A stretch of 64,000 nt of DNA, from positions 64,294,001 to 64,358,000 of the forward strand of contig OX597822.1 in assembly GCA_951406725.2 (NCBI GenBank), read 5' to 3'. This DNA comes from Octopus vulgaris (lineage: Eukaryota). Shown in pieces: positions 1 to 13,721 of the stretch. Position numbers and translations under genes: made by a program. The notes below the pieces were generated by a model. That model was not told the DNA's origin. It searched no databases and saw only the letters and a list, made by a program, of their open reading frames with translations. Every line of letters begins with the position of its first letter. The stretch's first letter is position 1.

Positions 1-93
1 CTCACCGGTAAAATTTCCACTTATTTCTTAATTTTATTTTTCTAACATTTTCGTTTCGTCTTGCAACCTTTCAATACATACACACACATACAT

Positions 94-167
<74 letters not shown>

Positions 168-349
168 CTGTGTGTGTTGAGTACTTCTTTCTTTCGTTTG
201 TTCGCTCATACTTCTACATACATACGCACACGCACTCACACACAGACAGTCACACACTCACACACTCACACACGTAAGTTGTAATAATGAAGTCAAACCA
301 AATAGAGATTTTATGAGATCATTTAATACGCACGTGTTAGGTTTATATA

Positions 350-575
350 ATCTTTTCTTCTCTAGCCACAAGGCCCGAAATTTTTTTTGGGGGGTGGGTA
401 GGGGCCAATCTATTAGATTGACCCCAGTACGCAACTGCTACTTAATTTTATCGACTCCCGAAGGATGAAGGGCAAAATCGATTCCGACGGAATTTGAACT
501 CAGAACGTAAAGACAGACGACGTGTCGCTAAGCATTTCGCCCGGTGTGCTAGCGTTTCTGCCAGCTCGCCGCCTT
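350..575 (-). mobile_element. tRNA-headed SINE, family B (head GGCGGCGAGCTGGCAGAAACG..., B-box GAGTTCAAATTCC, core ...CCCTTCATCCTTCGGGAGTCGATAAA...)
   Basis: Reverse complement matches >15 other copies in the window; Pol III A/B-box-like motifs present. Confidence 0.85.
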
Positions 576-584
576 GTCTGGTTT

Positions 585-1195
<611 letters not shown>

Positions 1196-1264
1196 AAAAA
1201 ATAGGAAATTTATCTATTACGTGAAACTTTCTCTAAGCATTTCAATGGTTTCAAAATATCACTA

Positions 1265-1450
1265 TGTTTGTATGTATGTATGTATGCATGTATGTATGCA
1301 TGTGTGTATGTATGTATGTATGTATGCATGTATGTGTGTATGTATGTATGCATGTATGTTAGTATGTATTTATGTATGTTTGTATGTATGTATGTATGTA
1401 TGTATGTATGTATGTATGCGTGTATGTATGTATGTTTGTTTGTATGTATG

Positions 1451-1482
<32 letters not shown>

Positions 1483-1586
1483 TGTATGTATGTATGTGTG
1501 TATGTGTGTATGTGTCTATGTGTGTATGTTTGTATGTATGTTTGTATGTATGTATGTTTGTATGTATGTTTGTACGTATGTACGTT

Positions 1587-1637
<51 letters not shown>

Positions 1638-2440
1638 GTATGTTTGTATGTATGTATGTATATATGTATGTATGTATATATGTATGTATTCATGTATGTA
1701 TGTTTTTACGTATGCGTGTATGCATGTATGTATGTATGTATGTATGTATGTATGTATGTATGTATGTATGTATGTATGTATGTATGTGAGTGTTTAGTTT
1801 TATTTCAACATTTCTTGCCAATAGGGAAAGAGCCGGTTTCTAACCTAGATTTCTTCATTGGAATTTCACCATCAACAACAAAGTATTTTTGTATGCGTGT
1901 ATGTATATATGAATGTATGTGTGTATGTATGTATGCATGCATGTATGTATGTATGTATGTATGTATGTATGTATGTATGTATGTATGTATGTTTGTATGT
2001 ATGTATACGTGCAGATTTGTATGTTTTGTTTTATGTATATATTTTCATGCACATACTTGTATATTTAGACATGCTCGTATATATTTAAATGATAAACTTC
2101 TGGCAAGTTTTACAGATTTTAAAAGTTCTATTGATGGATTAGAATGTATGTATGCATATATGTATGCATGCACTTATATGTACGTATGTATACGTGTACG
2201 TACGTACGTACGTACGTATGTATGCATGTAACTATGTATGTAGTACGTAGTACGTATATACGTACGTACGTATGTATGTACGTACGTATGTATGGACGTA
2301 CGCATGTATGCGTATATGTGTGTATGCATGTATGTATTTATGTATGTATGTATGTACATGTGTATGTCTGTATCTGTGTTTCTATGTATGTGCGTGTTTG
2401 TGTGTTTGTTTGTGTGTATGCGTGTGTGTGTGTGTTTGCG
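1265..2440. repeat. Degenerate (TATG)n/(TG)n microsatellite field
   Basis: Direct inspection; gives rise to the MYVC-type pseudo-ORFs. Confidence 0.95.
1790..2146 (-). mobile_element. Interspersed repeat carrying an internal (TACA)n tract; probable CR1-like LINE 3' UTR
   Basis: Reverse complement aligns with 62025-62532 (TCTAGGTTAGAAACCGG, CATACAAATCTGCAC); short piece also at about 28762-28800. Confidence 0.6.
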
Positions 2441-3771
2441 TGTTTATAAGACAGGATTCTACCCATTTTCCATCGGTAGACAGGCTTTTTGGCTGCAACC
2501 TGAAACTTATATGTGCGCATGATAACTTTCGTGTAAATAACGGACTCAGAATCGAAACCCTGACGTTGACTCTAATTCTCGGAAAACATACTTAGCATTC
2601 ATCTAGCTGACAGAATTAATTAATAAATTATTGGCGCGGGTATTTTGTAACTACGTGATTTCGGGTTCAGTGTGCACCTTATCTTGAGCAAGTGTCTTCT
2701 AATGCCTTGTGAGTAAATTTGGCTGACGAAATGGTGGAAGCCGGACCTATGTACCTAATGTATGTGTGTCTTTGTGTTTGTGTTTGTAACCCTCCCATCC
2801 TTTCCTCGGCTACCTTTTGACAATCGGTGCTGGTTTGTTTACGTCCCGGCAAAAAAGTGACCGATAGAACAAGTACCAAACTTTAAAAAAATATAAATGA
2901 CTATAAGTTCTGGGTTCGATTTATTTGACTAAAACCCTTCAAGGTTTGTTTGACTAAAATCCCTTTAAGCATGGCCCCAGTCAAATAGCTGGAACAAATA
3001 AAAGATAATGGTAAAATAAGCAAATAAATGTATAGCCCCGCTGAAACCTGGGTCGTTTGAATTAAATGGTGCTACATTTCTGACAATGAAACCCATTAAA
3101 AAAAGAAAAAAAGAAAGACCCCTAAAGACTGATAGAATAAGTATTAGGCTTACAAAAATTAAGTCCTGGGATCGTTTTCTTCGACTAAAAAAAAACATTT
3201 AAGGCAGTGCTCCAGCATGGCCGCAGTCAAATGACTGAAACAAGTAAAAGAGAAAAAAAACGAAAGAATAAAAGCTATTATTTCTAGGGCTGGTTTTTCA
3301 AAACGAGGCTCCAGCATGGTCGCAGTCGAATGACTGTACCTAATAAAAGGTAAAGAAAAAATAGGCAAACAAATTTTTGATTTATTCATAGCCCCCGCCG
3401 AAAACTAGGTCTTTGAATTAATTTGTGTTATATTTCTGATAATGAAACTTATTAAAAAAGAAAAAAACTTCCCTAAAGGGTTTTATTTGGATGGAGGGTT
3501 TAAAAAAAGAATAAAAATGTCACGCTATAACACCACTGAAAACTGGGTCTTTGAATTCACTTGTGCTACATTCTTGACAACGATGTTTGAAAAAATATTT
3601 TCCCTAAGGGGCTTTCTTCAATTGTAGGTTGAAAAAAACCCCAAAAAACAAACAAACAAAAGAACCCAGACCCCTTCCAAAAATTTAAGAAAAAACAAAT
3701 ATAAGGATGAAGTTTTTTTTTTTTTTTACGTTAGAATACAGAGGAAGATACTGCGAACGAAGAATTGTCAA

Positions 3772-3808
<37 letters not shown>

Positions 3809-4609
3809 AATGCTCGTTCAGTAAAAGTACTCTGTGATTATTCAGCAAGTTTTCCATTGTATGGAAATACTTCCACGTTTTTCTTTTCTTTCTTTTTTTT
3901 TGTTAATATAATAAAAGAGGTTTCTACCATGGTTGTTTGACAGTCTGCAGGAGAAGGTGCTTGGTTGTCTGTCTGCCTGTCTGCCTGCACGACTGGATCG
4001 GTGCCTGTCTGCCTGCACGACTGGCTGGGCTTGGCTATGCGCTGCGCTGGCGGGTTAGATGTTTGGTTCCCTACTTCTGGATATTGCTTCCAGTCATTTG
4101 GCCATTTTTTGGTGACTTTGAAGACACAACCTGAAGTGTTTCAAAGGCTTGAAGTGTTGTTTACGACATTTTCCTTCCTTCATTCTATCTTTCTTTCTTT
4201 CTTTCCGTCCTTCCTTCCTTCATTCTTTCTTCCTTTCTGTCTTTTTTTCTTCGTTAAGAGTACAGTTGTGAGGGGACTCGATAACTTGACAATTACATAC
4301 CACAGTAAGATATAGACACTTAGGGAAGGGAGATGGGTGCAGATAAAAAGGGGAGAAGAGGAGACAAAGAGAAGGGCCAGCTCATGCTAGTACTTGTTAT
4401 ATGCAGTTATGTTATGTATTCGACAGAAGCACGCATATTATTTGTGTGTGTGTGTGTGTGTGTGTGCTTATGTATGTATGTATGTATGTATGTATGTATG
4501 TATGTATGTATGTATGTATGTATGTATGTATGTATGTATGTATGTACGTACGTATATATATATATTTCTTAAACCGGCATTCTTTTTCTCTCCGTCTGGA
4601 GAGAAAAAG

Positions 4610-4836
4610 GCTGCGAGCTGGCAGAACCGTTAGCACGCCGGGCGAAATGCGTAGCCGTATTTCGTCTACCGTTACGTTCCGAGTTCAAATTCCGCCGAGG
4701 TCGACTTTGCCTTTCATCCTTTCGGGGTCGATAAATTAAGTACCAGTTACGCACTGGGGTCGATATAATCGACTTAAATTCGTTTGTCTGTCCTTGTTTG
4801 TCCCCTCTATGTTTAGCCCCTTGTGGGTAGTAAAGA

Positions 4837-4839
<3 letters not shown>
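4610..4839 (+). mobile_element. SINE-B with Tx1-like 3' tail (TGTCCCCTCTATGTTTAGCCCCTTGTGGGTAGTAAAGAAA)
   Basis: Near full-length head, core and tail. Confidence 0.85.
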
Positions 4840-4871
<32 letters not shown>

Positions 4872-4944
4872 CTGAACCGAGTAAATATATATATATATAT
4901 TTACTATTTTACTTAAAAGAGTAAATATATATATATATATATTT

Positions 4945-5340
4945 TTACTCTTTTACTTGTTTCAGTCATTTGACTGTGACCATGCGGGAGCACCACCTTT
5001 AGTCGAGCAAATCGACCCCAGGACGTATTCTTTCTAAGCCTAGTACTTATTCTATCGCTTTTTTGTCAACCCGCTAAGTTGCAGGGACATAAATACACCA
5101 GCATCGGTTGTCAAGCGATGTTGGGGGAAGAAACACAGACACACAAACAAATACACACACACACACACATACACATATATACATGTATATATACGACGGG
5201 CTTCTTCCAGTTTCCGTCTACCAAATCCACCCACAACGCTTTGGTTAGCCCGAGGCCATAGTAGAAGACACTTGCCCAAGATGCCACGCAGTAGGACTGA
5301 ACCCGGTTCGTAAGCAAGTTGCTTACCACACAGCCACTCA
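4945..5340 (-). mobile_element. SINE-A
   Basis: Reverse complement of family consensus. Confidence 0.85.
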
Positions 5341-5412
5341 AGTTTTCTATATGGTGTGAATAACAGCTTTCATTACTGAATTGTTTAATAGAGGTTTTTC
5401 TCTAAATTATAT

Positions 5413-5509
<97 letters not shown>

Positions 5510-6136
5510 CGCTGCAGTGAGGAATCGAACCTTGGATTATGTGGTTGCTTGATATCTCTTCGCAACAATGTAACTCTAGACGCAAGCAGTTATAAACAGT
5601 TTATGTATGCATTTATAGTAGCCTATCTGTGTGCTTAAGTTGTTACGAAGTCTGGATTTATGTTGTTGCGAAGTGTCATCAGGCAACGACATAATCCAAA
5701 GTTCGATTCTTCGCTGCAGCGTATCTGACTTACTTTGGCAGCTTTGGATTGACAAGTGAACTTTGAAAACTGATAGAAGAACCCGCGACGACATACGTCG
5801 CAAATATTCATGTATGTGTGTGTGTGTGTGGTGTTTGTGTGTGTGTGGTGTTTGTGTTGAACCGTTTATCCCATCTCATTTTTTCTCTTTCTCTGTTTTA
5901 TCCCCCACTTAATCCTTTCTGTCGAAGAGCGCAGGCCCGAAACATCAAAGAGTTTTCCATTCTTCTCGAGCATTAAACTAATACACCTGCTCTTTTGTTT
6001 TCTTTAAATTTGAACTACACACACACTCACACATTTGTGTATGTACACACACATATATGTGTGTATACATATATATGTATATTATGTTTTATACATATAT
6101 ATATACATATATATGTCTCTGTTTGTCTGTCTGTCT

Positions 6137-6228
<92 letters not shown>

Positions 6229-6229
<1 letters not shown>

Positions 6230-6616
6230 ATTCATAAATGAGAGCAAAGGAAAACATTTCTAATGTCAAATATGCCGAAAAATTGGACGTCTCGAATGGG
6301 CTGGAGTATTTCTATTTTGGATGTATTTGGGGTACTTAGTTGTGCCCATGACTTAGTATTTGCTTCTTCTATGGGTATGAGTAAGTATCTCATTTATTTC
6401 TTTTGCCACATGTATCACTGACGAAGAGAGGGGTCTTAGTAGCTAACTCTGAAATCGGTCCGATATGGTAATAATGGAATTTTTTAGAAATTTCTGTCGA
6501 CCTTTTTTCGAGTAGCGTGCGTATTGTGAAAAAATTATATGGTTAATGGACAATATGTCCAATTTTTCGGCATATTTGGCATTAGAATTTTTTTCCTTTA
6601 CCCTCATTTATGAATT
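6229..6616. mobile_element. Element bounded by ~60-bp inverted repeats (6229-6290 / 6555-6616) with an internal hammerhead; Penelope-like remnant
   Basis: AATTCATAAATGAG..AAATATGCCGAAAAATTGGAC recurs as its reverse complement; (TA)n on the left flank. Confidence 0.6.
6413..6470 (+). ncRNA. Type I hammerhead ribozyme motif
   Basis: Stem I TATCA/TGGTA, core CTGACGA, stem II AGAG..CTCT, GAAA, quasi-palindromic stem III TCGGTCCGA, UH site TA. Confidence 0.7.
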
Positions 6617-6719
6617 GTTTATAAATTTAACCGTTAAAGGTACTTTTTAATATGCTGGCCATTGATAGAATTTTCTTCGAGAAAATATTTTTTTTCGAAA
6701 AGAATTTTATCCTCACATT

Positions 6720-6781
<62 letters not shown>

Positions 6782-7531
6782 AACATATACATATATAATA
6801 CACACACGTACATACAATCTTGTCATTTCCTCCATACAAACAGTGCAAGTCTACGATTGCCACCATACTACCAAAAGTATGGAAGCCCCGTATGAAAAGC
6901 GATCTGAAACACGCAACCTATACCTCATGTCAAGTGGTATTCTCCATGAACTTTTCTCACAAGACCATTAGAGTTTCCATTTCAGCACCAGCTGCTCAGG
7001 ACCGAGCTCAGCATACATTGGACAGTTTGTTTTTCCTTCATTTATTTAGATTGCATGGTTTTTAAAAATTTCCTTTTGGAATATTCTATGAATGTAACTT
7101 TTCCTATGACAACTTTTCCAATGACACTGTGTGTGCGTGCATGCATGCATACTTGTATGTATGTATGTATGTATGTATGTATGTATGTATGTATGTATGT
7201 ATGTATGTATGTATGTATGTATGTATGTATGCATGCATGTATGTATATACGTATGTACGTATGTATGTATAGCTGTGTGAGTGTGTGTGTGTGTGCGAGT
7301 GTGTGTGTGTATGTGTATTCAAAAACATATATGTGTGTGTGTGTGTGTGCGTGTGTGTGTGCATGCGCGCGCATGAGTATGTGTGTGCGTGTGTTCATTT
7401 TCTGTGTTCAAAACGGAAGACGTTTTTCAGATTCACCGCAGAGAACGCTTGACTGACGTCGGTCGCACGAAACCTTCAGCTATGAGGAAGTAATCCACTT
7501 TACCAACACGCAATACACACAACACAACATA

Positions 7532-7569
<38 letters not shown>

Positions 7570-8109
7570 GTATTGATGACGGTGACTAAAACAATGATAA
7601 TTAGGGCGATGATGGTGAGGAGGGTTGGAGTTCAAGCAAGCTTTGTTATAAAAAATCAAAATGGCGGCAGTACATCCGACATTGTATCCTTTCGTCTATA
7701 GATTTTAGTTTGGCATCAACGGTCAAGCGAGCAAAACAGGGACTGAGTAGGGCTGACTCACAATCAACAGAGGACGGTATTGGTATATGTGTGGGAGGAG
7801 GAGGAAGATGAGTGGGAGGAAAATTTGGGGATGATGTGTCTATGCATTTGTGTACGTGTATATGTATGTGCGCATGCTGGCGTACAGCGATGTTTGGAAG
7901 CATTGTTTCATCTTTGGAAATCCAAACTGGCACTCTTTCTCTCTTTCTGTCTTTCGCTCTTCCGCTCTTTCGCTCATCCGCTCTTTTGCTCTTCCTCTTT
8001 TCCTCTTACTCGTCACACGCGTGCATACTTACTCAGGGACATTGGCAGACACATGCTCGTACACATGCACACACAAACGTAGAGGAAAAAGCACACTCAT
8101 AAACAGACA

Positions 8110-8181
<72 letters not shown>

Positions 8182-8324
8182 TACAAACTCATATATGCAT
8201 TCATACGTATTCATATATATTTAAACATAAGCACACGCACACATGCAGACACATACATAATACCGCACCTATAATCATACACAGAGGCATACATGTATTC
8301 ACACACTCACACTAACGTGTGTCG

Positions 8325-8378
<54 letters not shown>

Positions 8379-9617
8379 GTGTGTATATGTGTGAATGTAT
8401 ATATATATATATGTGTGTGTGTATATATTTATATATATACATATATGTATTTATATGTATATATATATATATATATGTCTGTCTGCACACATTCTTGCCC
8501 ACATATACATAGTTACACGCACAAATACTCACACACGCCTACATAAAACTATACTCATACACACATCTCCACACACATACACATATACTCATATATATGT
8601 ATACACACAAGCACACGAAAACACGCTCGTCTAAATCTCCATTTCTACCACACACACATACACACACATATGCAGACATACAAACACACACTCTCACACA
8701 CACATGCACACAGAGACACATACACACATACACATATACACACACATGCACACATACACACACACGCGCACATACACACACGCACACATTCACACACACA
8801 TACATACATGCACACACACACGCAAACTCACACACACACGCAAACTCACACACACACACACACAATCGAGCAAATAGAAAACTAAAGAAAATACAACCAC
8901 ACAACCTTTGAAAACTCCGCACCCTCACAGCTCAACGTGTGAAGATTCGTGATCAACATGCGAAACATTAGCCGATCCCTGTGCTTGAAACCTCATCCAC
9001 CCACTCCAAAACACCCGTACTCACCATCAAAACTACAATCGCTCACTTCAATTACCACCGGAAGGTTCCGTGTGGTTCCTTGATCTATTTGAAATAACAG
9101 CCAGATACCGCCCCCGCCACCACCTCTGTCGTATCACATCCTACTTAATGTATGTCACAAGACGAGCACATTGGATATTGTAACAGTTTGTGGCACACGC
9201 TGCCTTAATATACATGGTAAGATGGATTGGTCATTGCTGGAGATCCTTTGATCGTAGGTCTTCTCGATTTGGGCTGAACGGTCTCTTAACAGCAAAAGTA
9301 ACACTCAAACCGCTACAAGACGACGACGACCGCCGCCACCGCCGTCGCCACCACTATCCCACCACCACCACCACCAATAACACATTGTGTCTTAATTTAA
9401 ATCCTTTGTAATTTTCCTCCTGTACGCAATAGAGAATGAACTGTTTAAGTTTAAAGGTCAATTTGGCTTCGCGTACAAGAGCGAAAATAAATACAGCGAA
9501 GATCTTTAAAATGTGTTGGAAAAAGAAATTAAATTTTGTATATTCTGTTCACCTTATTCTTTGATTTCAATTTCAAATGTCGAAACTTGTTTCAGCTTAA
9601 TAATAATAATAATAATG

Positions 9618-10083
<466 letters not shown>

Positions 10084-11554
10084 TATTTCTTTTAAATTGC
10101 CATAAAGGCATTACACAGAGGGGGCACTACAACACTCGTGGGACATATAACAATTAAAAATAAAATATGTTATAATGAATGAACATGAAAATGCACATGA
10201 AGAACAAATTAAAATATGATAATATGAATGATATCTGAAAATGATATTATGAAGAGTGTGCTACTCACCTCACACTGAGTAACACAACTCGCTGCCTCTG
10301 GGTCCTGAGTCCTTTTTCTCTTTTCGTCCAATCCTTTTTTCCTTTTCACTGTCACTTAATGATAACATTCTCTCCGTCATGCATTCATAACCTTTTTCAC
10401 CGGGAGTGGGGTCTTCTAAATTTTGTGGTGTCTGTTCTTTCTTTTTCTTTTTTTTTCTTGAGGGGAAATGGGGTGGGTGTGTTTGGTGTCTGTATGGGGA
10501 GGGTGGGTCTGAGTGGTCTTGGATGGGATGGGGTTGGACTGGGGTGCCACATCATACTCAGTGTCTTTTCTTTTTTTCCTCTTTCTCCTTTTGCGCTCTG
10601 CAATTTTCCATTCTTCCTCTTTTTTATCGTTTCCTTCGTCTGTTTTGTCTTCCTCTCTTTTCTCTTCTGTCTCTGCAACTATATCCTCAGCCGTAGTCCT
10701 TCGTAGAGGGCAGTATGCTCTAATGTGGCCCTTTTGGCCACATTTAAAACAACGTGGTACTCTGCCCTCTACCCACACCCTCAGCACGATTTCCCCCAGC
10801 GTCACAGTCTCTGCCAAGTTCTCGAGTTGTCCCTCCTCCGTCTGAATAATTAACTCGAGCGTCCTTCCTTTCCACCCTCCTTCTTCTGTTTCTGTGGCTT
10901 GGAGGACAGCCACCTTTTCCTCGCTTCCAACAAGGACAGCTGCCGCTACCCAAGCCACATTTATATCAGGCGGAATTCCTTCTACCCTTATCTTGGAAGT
11001 CCTTCTTCCAAGATACGTGGGTAGAAGGACCATTTCCTTCGTCTTTACCGTTTTGCCCGCCAGCCTCCTTGCCTCCTCCTCTGTTCTGAACTGGACTACC
11101 ATTGTCCCATATTGGCATCCTCTTGTCATGTATATTACTCCGTTGGATTCCTCCTTTACTGCCTTTTCTATTTTCTCTATTTCAATTAGGTCGATCTTCT
11201 TACTCTTTATCGAGTAAACTTTGTATATGACCGTTCTTTTTATGCCATCCATTATTCTTTGTGGCAGTGACAACGTCACGTTGCCGCCCACTTTCTGCAC
11301 CATTTTTCTATGCTCCTTCATTCTTGATAAATCCACCTCTTTTCTCTTCACCTCCACAGCTTCTGCGAAACTCTTCATGTTCTTCAAATATTCATCCATG
11401 CATTCTACTGCTCTCAGCAGCTCCTCCTCTGCAGAAGACAGCTCAGACTCGCTAAGGTCCGAGTACATTACTAACCTCAAAGCAGCAAAAGGAAAAACGT
11501 CCGACTCGCATACAAACGACAAACCAAATGCACTATGGGTAACCGGAAGCAAGC
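10084..11554 (-). mobile_element. ~1.47-kb non-autonomous L1/Tx1-type non-LTR element (ORF1 only) inserted in the SINE-A head
   Basis: TSD 10067-10083 / 11555-11571 (1 mismatch); 5' end GCTTGCTTCCGGTT..TCGGACGTTTT; 3' tail CCCCCTCTGTGTAATGCCTTTATGGCAATTTAAAAGAAATAA; no RT. Confidence 0.85.
10416..11468 (-). CDS. Gag-like ORF1 nucleic-acid-binding protein, 350 aa, single CCHC zinc knuckle (CFKCGQKGHIRAYC)
   Basis: Uninterrupted ORF from the first ATG inside the element (MYSDLSESE); CX2CX4HX4C, basic WKIAERKRRKRK motif; homologous to the ORF at 63363. Confidence 0.85.
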   Translation of the reverse strand: MYSDLSESELSSAEEELLRAVECMDEYLKNMKSFAEAVEVKRKEVDLSRMKEHRKMVQKVGGNVTLSLPQRIMDGIKRTVIYKVYSIKSKKIDLIEIEKIEKAVKEESNGVIYMTRGCQYGTMVVQFRTEEEARRLAGKTVKTKEMVLLPTYLGRRTSKIRVEGIPPDINVAWVAAAVLVGSEEKVAVLQATETEEGGWKGRTLELIIQTEEGQLENLAETVTLGEIVLRVWVEGRVPRCFKCGQKGHIRAYCPLRRTTAEDIVAETEEKREEDKTDEGNDKKEEEWKIAERKRRKRKKRKDTEYDVAPQSNPIPSKTTQTHPPHTDTKHTHPISPQEKKRKRKNRHHKI

Positions 11555-11596
11555 TGGTTAGCAAGCTACTTACCACACAGCCACTCCTAGGCCTAT
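11555..11596 (-). mobile_element. SINE-A 5' head fragment
   Basis: Reverse complement ATAGGCCTAGGAGTGGCTGTGTGGTAAGTAGCTTGCTAACCA. Confidence 0.85.
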
Positions 11597-11984
11597 GGAT
11601 GGAAGCACTCCGTCGGTTACGACGACGAGGGTTCCGGTTTAACCGAATCAACGGAACAGCCTGCTCGTGAAATTAACGTGTAAGTGGCTGAGCACTCCAC
11701 AGACACGTGTACCCTTAACGTAGTTCTCGGGGATATTCAGCGTGACACAGAGAGTGACAAGGCCGGCCCTTTGAAATACAGGTACAACAGAAACAGGAAG
11801 TAAGAGTGAGAGAAAGTTGTGGTGAAAGAGTACAGCAGGGATCATCACCATCCCCTGCCGGAGCCTCGTGGAGCTTTAGGTGTTTTCGCTCAATAAACAC
11901 TCACAACGCCCGGTCTGGGAATCGAAACCGCAATCCTATGACCGCGAGTCCGCTGCCCTAACCACTGGGCCATTGCGCCTCCAC
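11597..11984 (-). mobile_element. Full-length tRNA-headed SINE, family C, with 11-bp TSD CCTAGGCCTAT
   Basis: A-box TGGCCCAGTGG, B-box GGTTTCGATTCCC; tail GTCGTAACCGACGGAGTGC shared with 21450 and 53530; TSD 11586-11596 / 11985-11995. Confidence 0.9.
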
Positions 11985-12019
11985 CCTAGGCCTATAAAAT
12001 AATAATAATAATAATAATG

Positions 12020-12084
<65 letters not shown>

Positions 12085-12086
<2 letters not shown>

Positions 12087-12303
12087 TAATCCTTTCTACT
12101 GGAAGCACAAGGCGTCAAATTTGGGGAAGGAATTAAGTCGATTACATCGACCCCAGTGCGCAACTAGTGCTTATTTAATCGACCCTGAAAGGATGAAAGG
12201 AAAAGTCGACTTCGGCGGAATTTGAACTCAGAACGTAGCGATGGGCGAAATAGCGCTAAGCATTTCGTCCAGCGCGCAAACGATCCAGCTTGTTCACCGC
12301 CTT
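12085..12303 (-). mobile_element. SINE-B (alternative tail ..CCTTGTGCTTCCAGTAGAAAGG)
   Basis: Family match. Confidence 0.85.
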
Positions 12304-12667
12304 AATAATAATAACAATGATTTCAAAAATTTTCTCGAAACGGCCGTCACACATTGCATCTGCTCAAGATTCCTTTTAAAATCATTTTATACCAACTTTC
12401 TCATCTGTTTGGATTACCGCTATACATTCACCATCCGCATATTTTAATATCCTCATTGATTTTAATACGGACATACAACCTCGCAAGTACATTTATGTAT
12501 TTTTATATATTCATATATTTATAAATTTTTATGATATATCTTTTGTATGTGAATGCACCTATGTATACTGTGGATTTATTCCGATGCCTTGAAATATATT
12601 GAGTGAATATGATCATCGAAGTTTGAAATTTGTTCTCCCTTTCTTGGTTTTATATATACATACATAC

Positions 12668-12787
12668 CAGAGTAAGCACATAAATTCGAAACAAGATGGA
12701 AAAAATAGTATTCGAATACCAGAGGTAGAGTAATATGCTTTATTAAAAAGCAGTAAAAAAATTTGCTTCTTTTTAATAAAGTATATT
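12668..12787. mobile_element. Penelope-like pLTR fragment with short inverted repeat; same family as 34538-34740
   Basis: Reverse complement matches 34655-34740 (CCAGAGGTAGAG.AATAT.CTTTATT.AAAAGCAG). Confidence 0.5.
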
Positions 12788-12796
12788 TATATATAT

Positions 12797-12862
<66 letters not shown>

Positions 12863-12879
12863 TCTTTTATTCTTTTTTT

Positions 12880-13256
12880 CTATTCTTTTATTTGTTTCAG
12901 TCATTTGACTGCGGCCATCCTGGAGCACCGCCTTTAGTCGAAGTGATCGACCTAGGGCTTATTCTTTGTAAGCCTAGTGCTTATCTCATCATTCTTCTTT
13001 GCCGAACAGCTAAGTTATGGGGACGTAAACACACCAGCATTGGTTGTCAACCGATGGTGGAAGACACACAGACATATACATATATACATATACGACGGGC
13101 TTCTTTCAGTTTCTGTCTACCAAATCCACTCACAAGGGTTTGGTCGGCCCAAGGCTAAAGTAGAAACACTTGCCCAAAGTGCCAAGCGGTGGGACTGAAC
13201 CTGAAATCATGCGGTTGATAAGCAAGATACTTACTACACAGCCACTCCTGCGCCTG
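12880..13256 (-). mobile_element. SINE-A, full length
   Basis: Family match. Confidence 0.9.
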
Positions 13257-13431
13257 TATATGTATATTGTTTGACCTTATGTTCAGTTATAATAGGAATA
13301 ATTCTGCATTAGCCTGAAGGGTTACTACAAACTTTCGATAGAGTACAAATTTCTCTTTAACAAGAATAGTACTGACAGTGACTTCGAAGTTTCAGCCAGC
13401 TAAGCCATCATCATCTGTCAATATATATATA

Positions 13432-13721
13432 CTAGCAGAGATATCTGGCCATGCTCGCATAGTTCTTTTATTGTTTTACTTGTTTCGGTATTATAATCCG
13501 ATTTCATTCGGGTCTTCTCGGGCCACATTTTAAAGATCAGGAATTTTGCCCTAGAGGCCACGCCTTTCAGTTGAACAAACTCAAATTTGCCATGCAAACT
13601 CCCCAGCACTTTTAACATAGGTGTGAAAATTTCCAGGTTAATCCGACCACACTTTATAACACTTTTTCCTGCATAACTGCTTGTGAAACAATGTCCGCCC
13701 TTTTCACAAATATATAATAGA
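13432..13721 (-). mobile_element. Possible non-autonomous Helitron
   Basis: On the minus strand starts A|TCTATTATATA and ends CTGCTAG|T; hairpin is degenerate. Confidence 0.35.

Noticed and set aside
1221-2231. 336-aa ORF and the many similar [16 protein letters not shown]/poly-amino-acid ORFs (e.g. 43410-44294, 44583-45635, 45856-47058, 58797-59561)
   Set aside because: Translations of stop-poor microsatellites; open in several frames, no domain content.
11469-11651. N-terminal 61 aa of the 411-aa track ORF
   Set aside because: Runs through SINE-C tail, SINE-A head and the element's 5' UTR; the real start is more plausibly the ATG at 11468.
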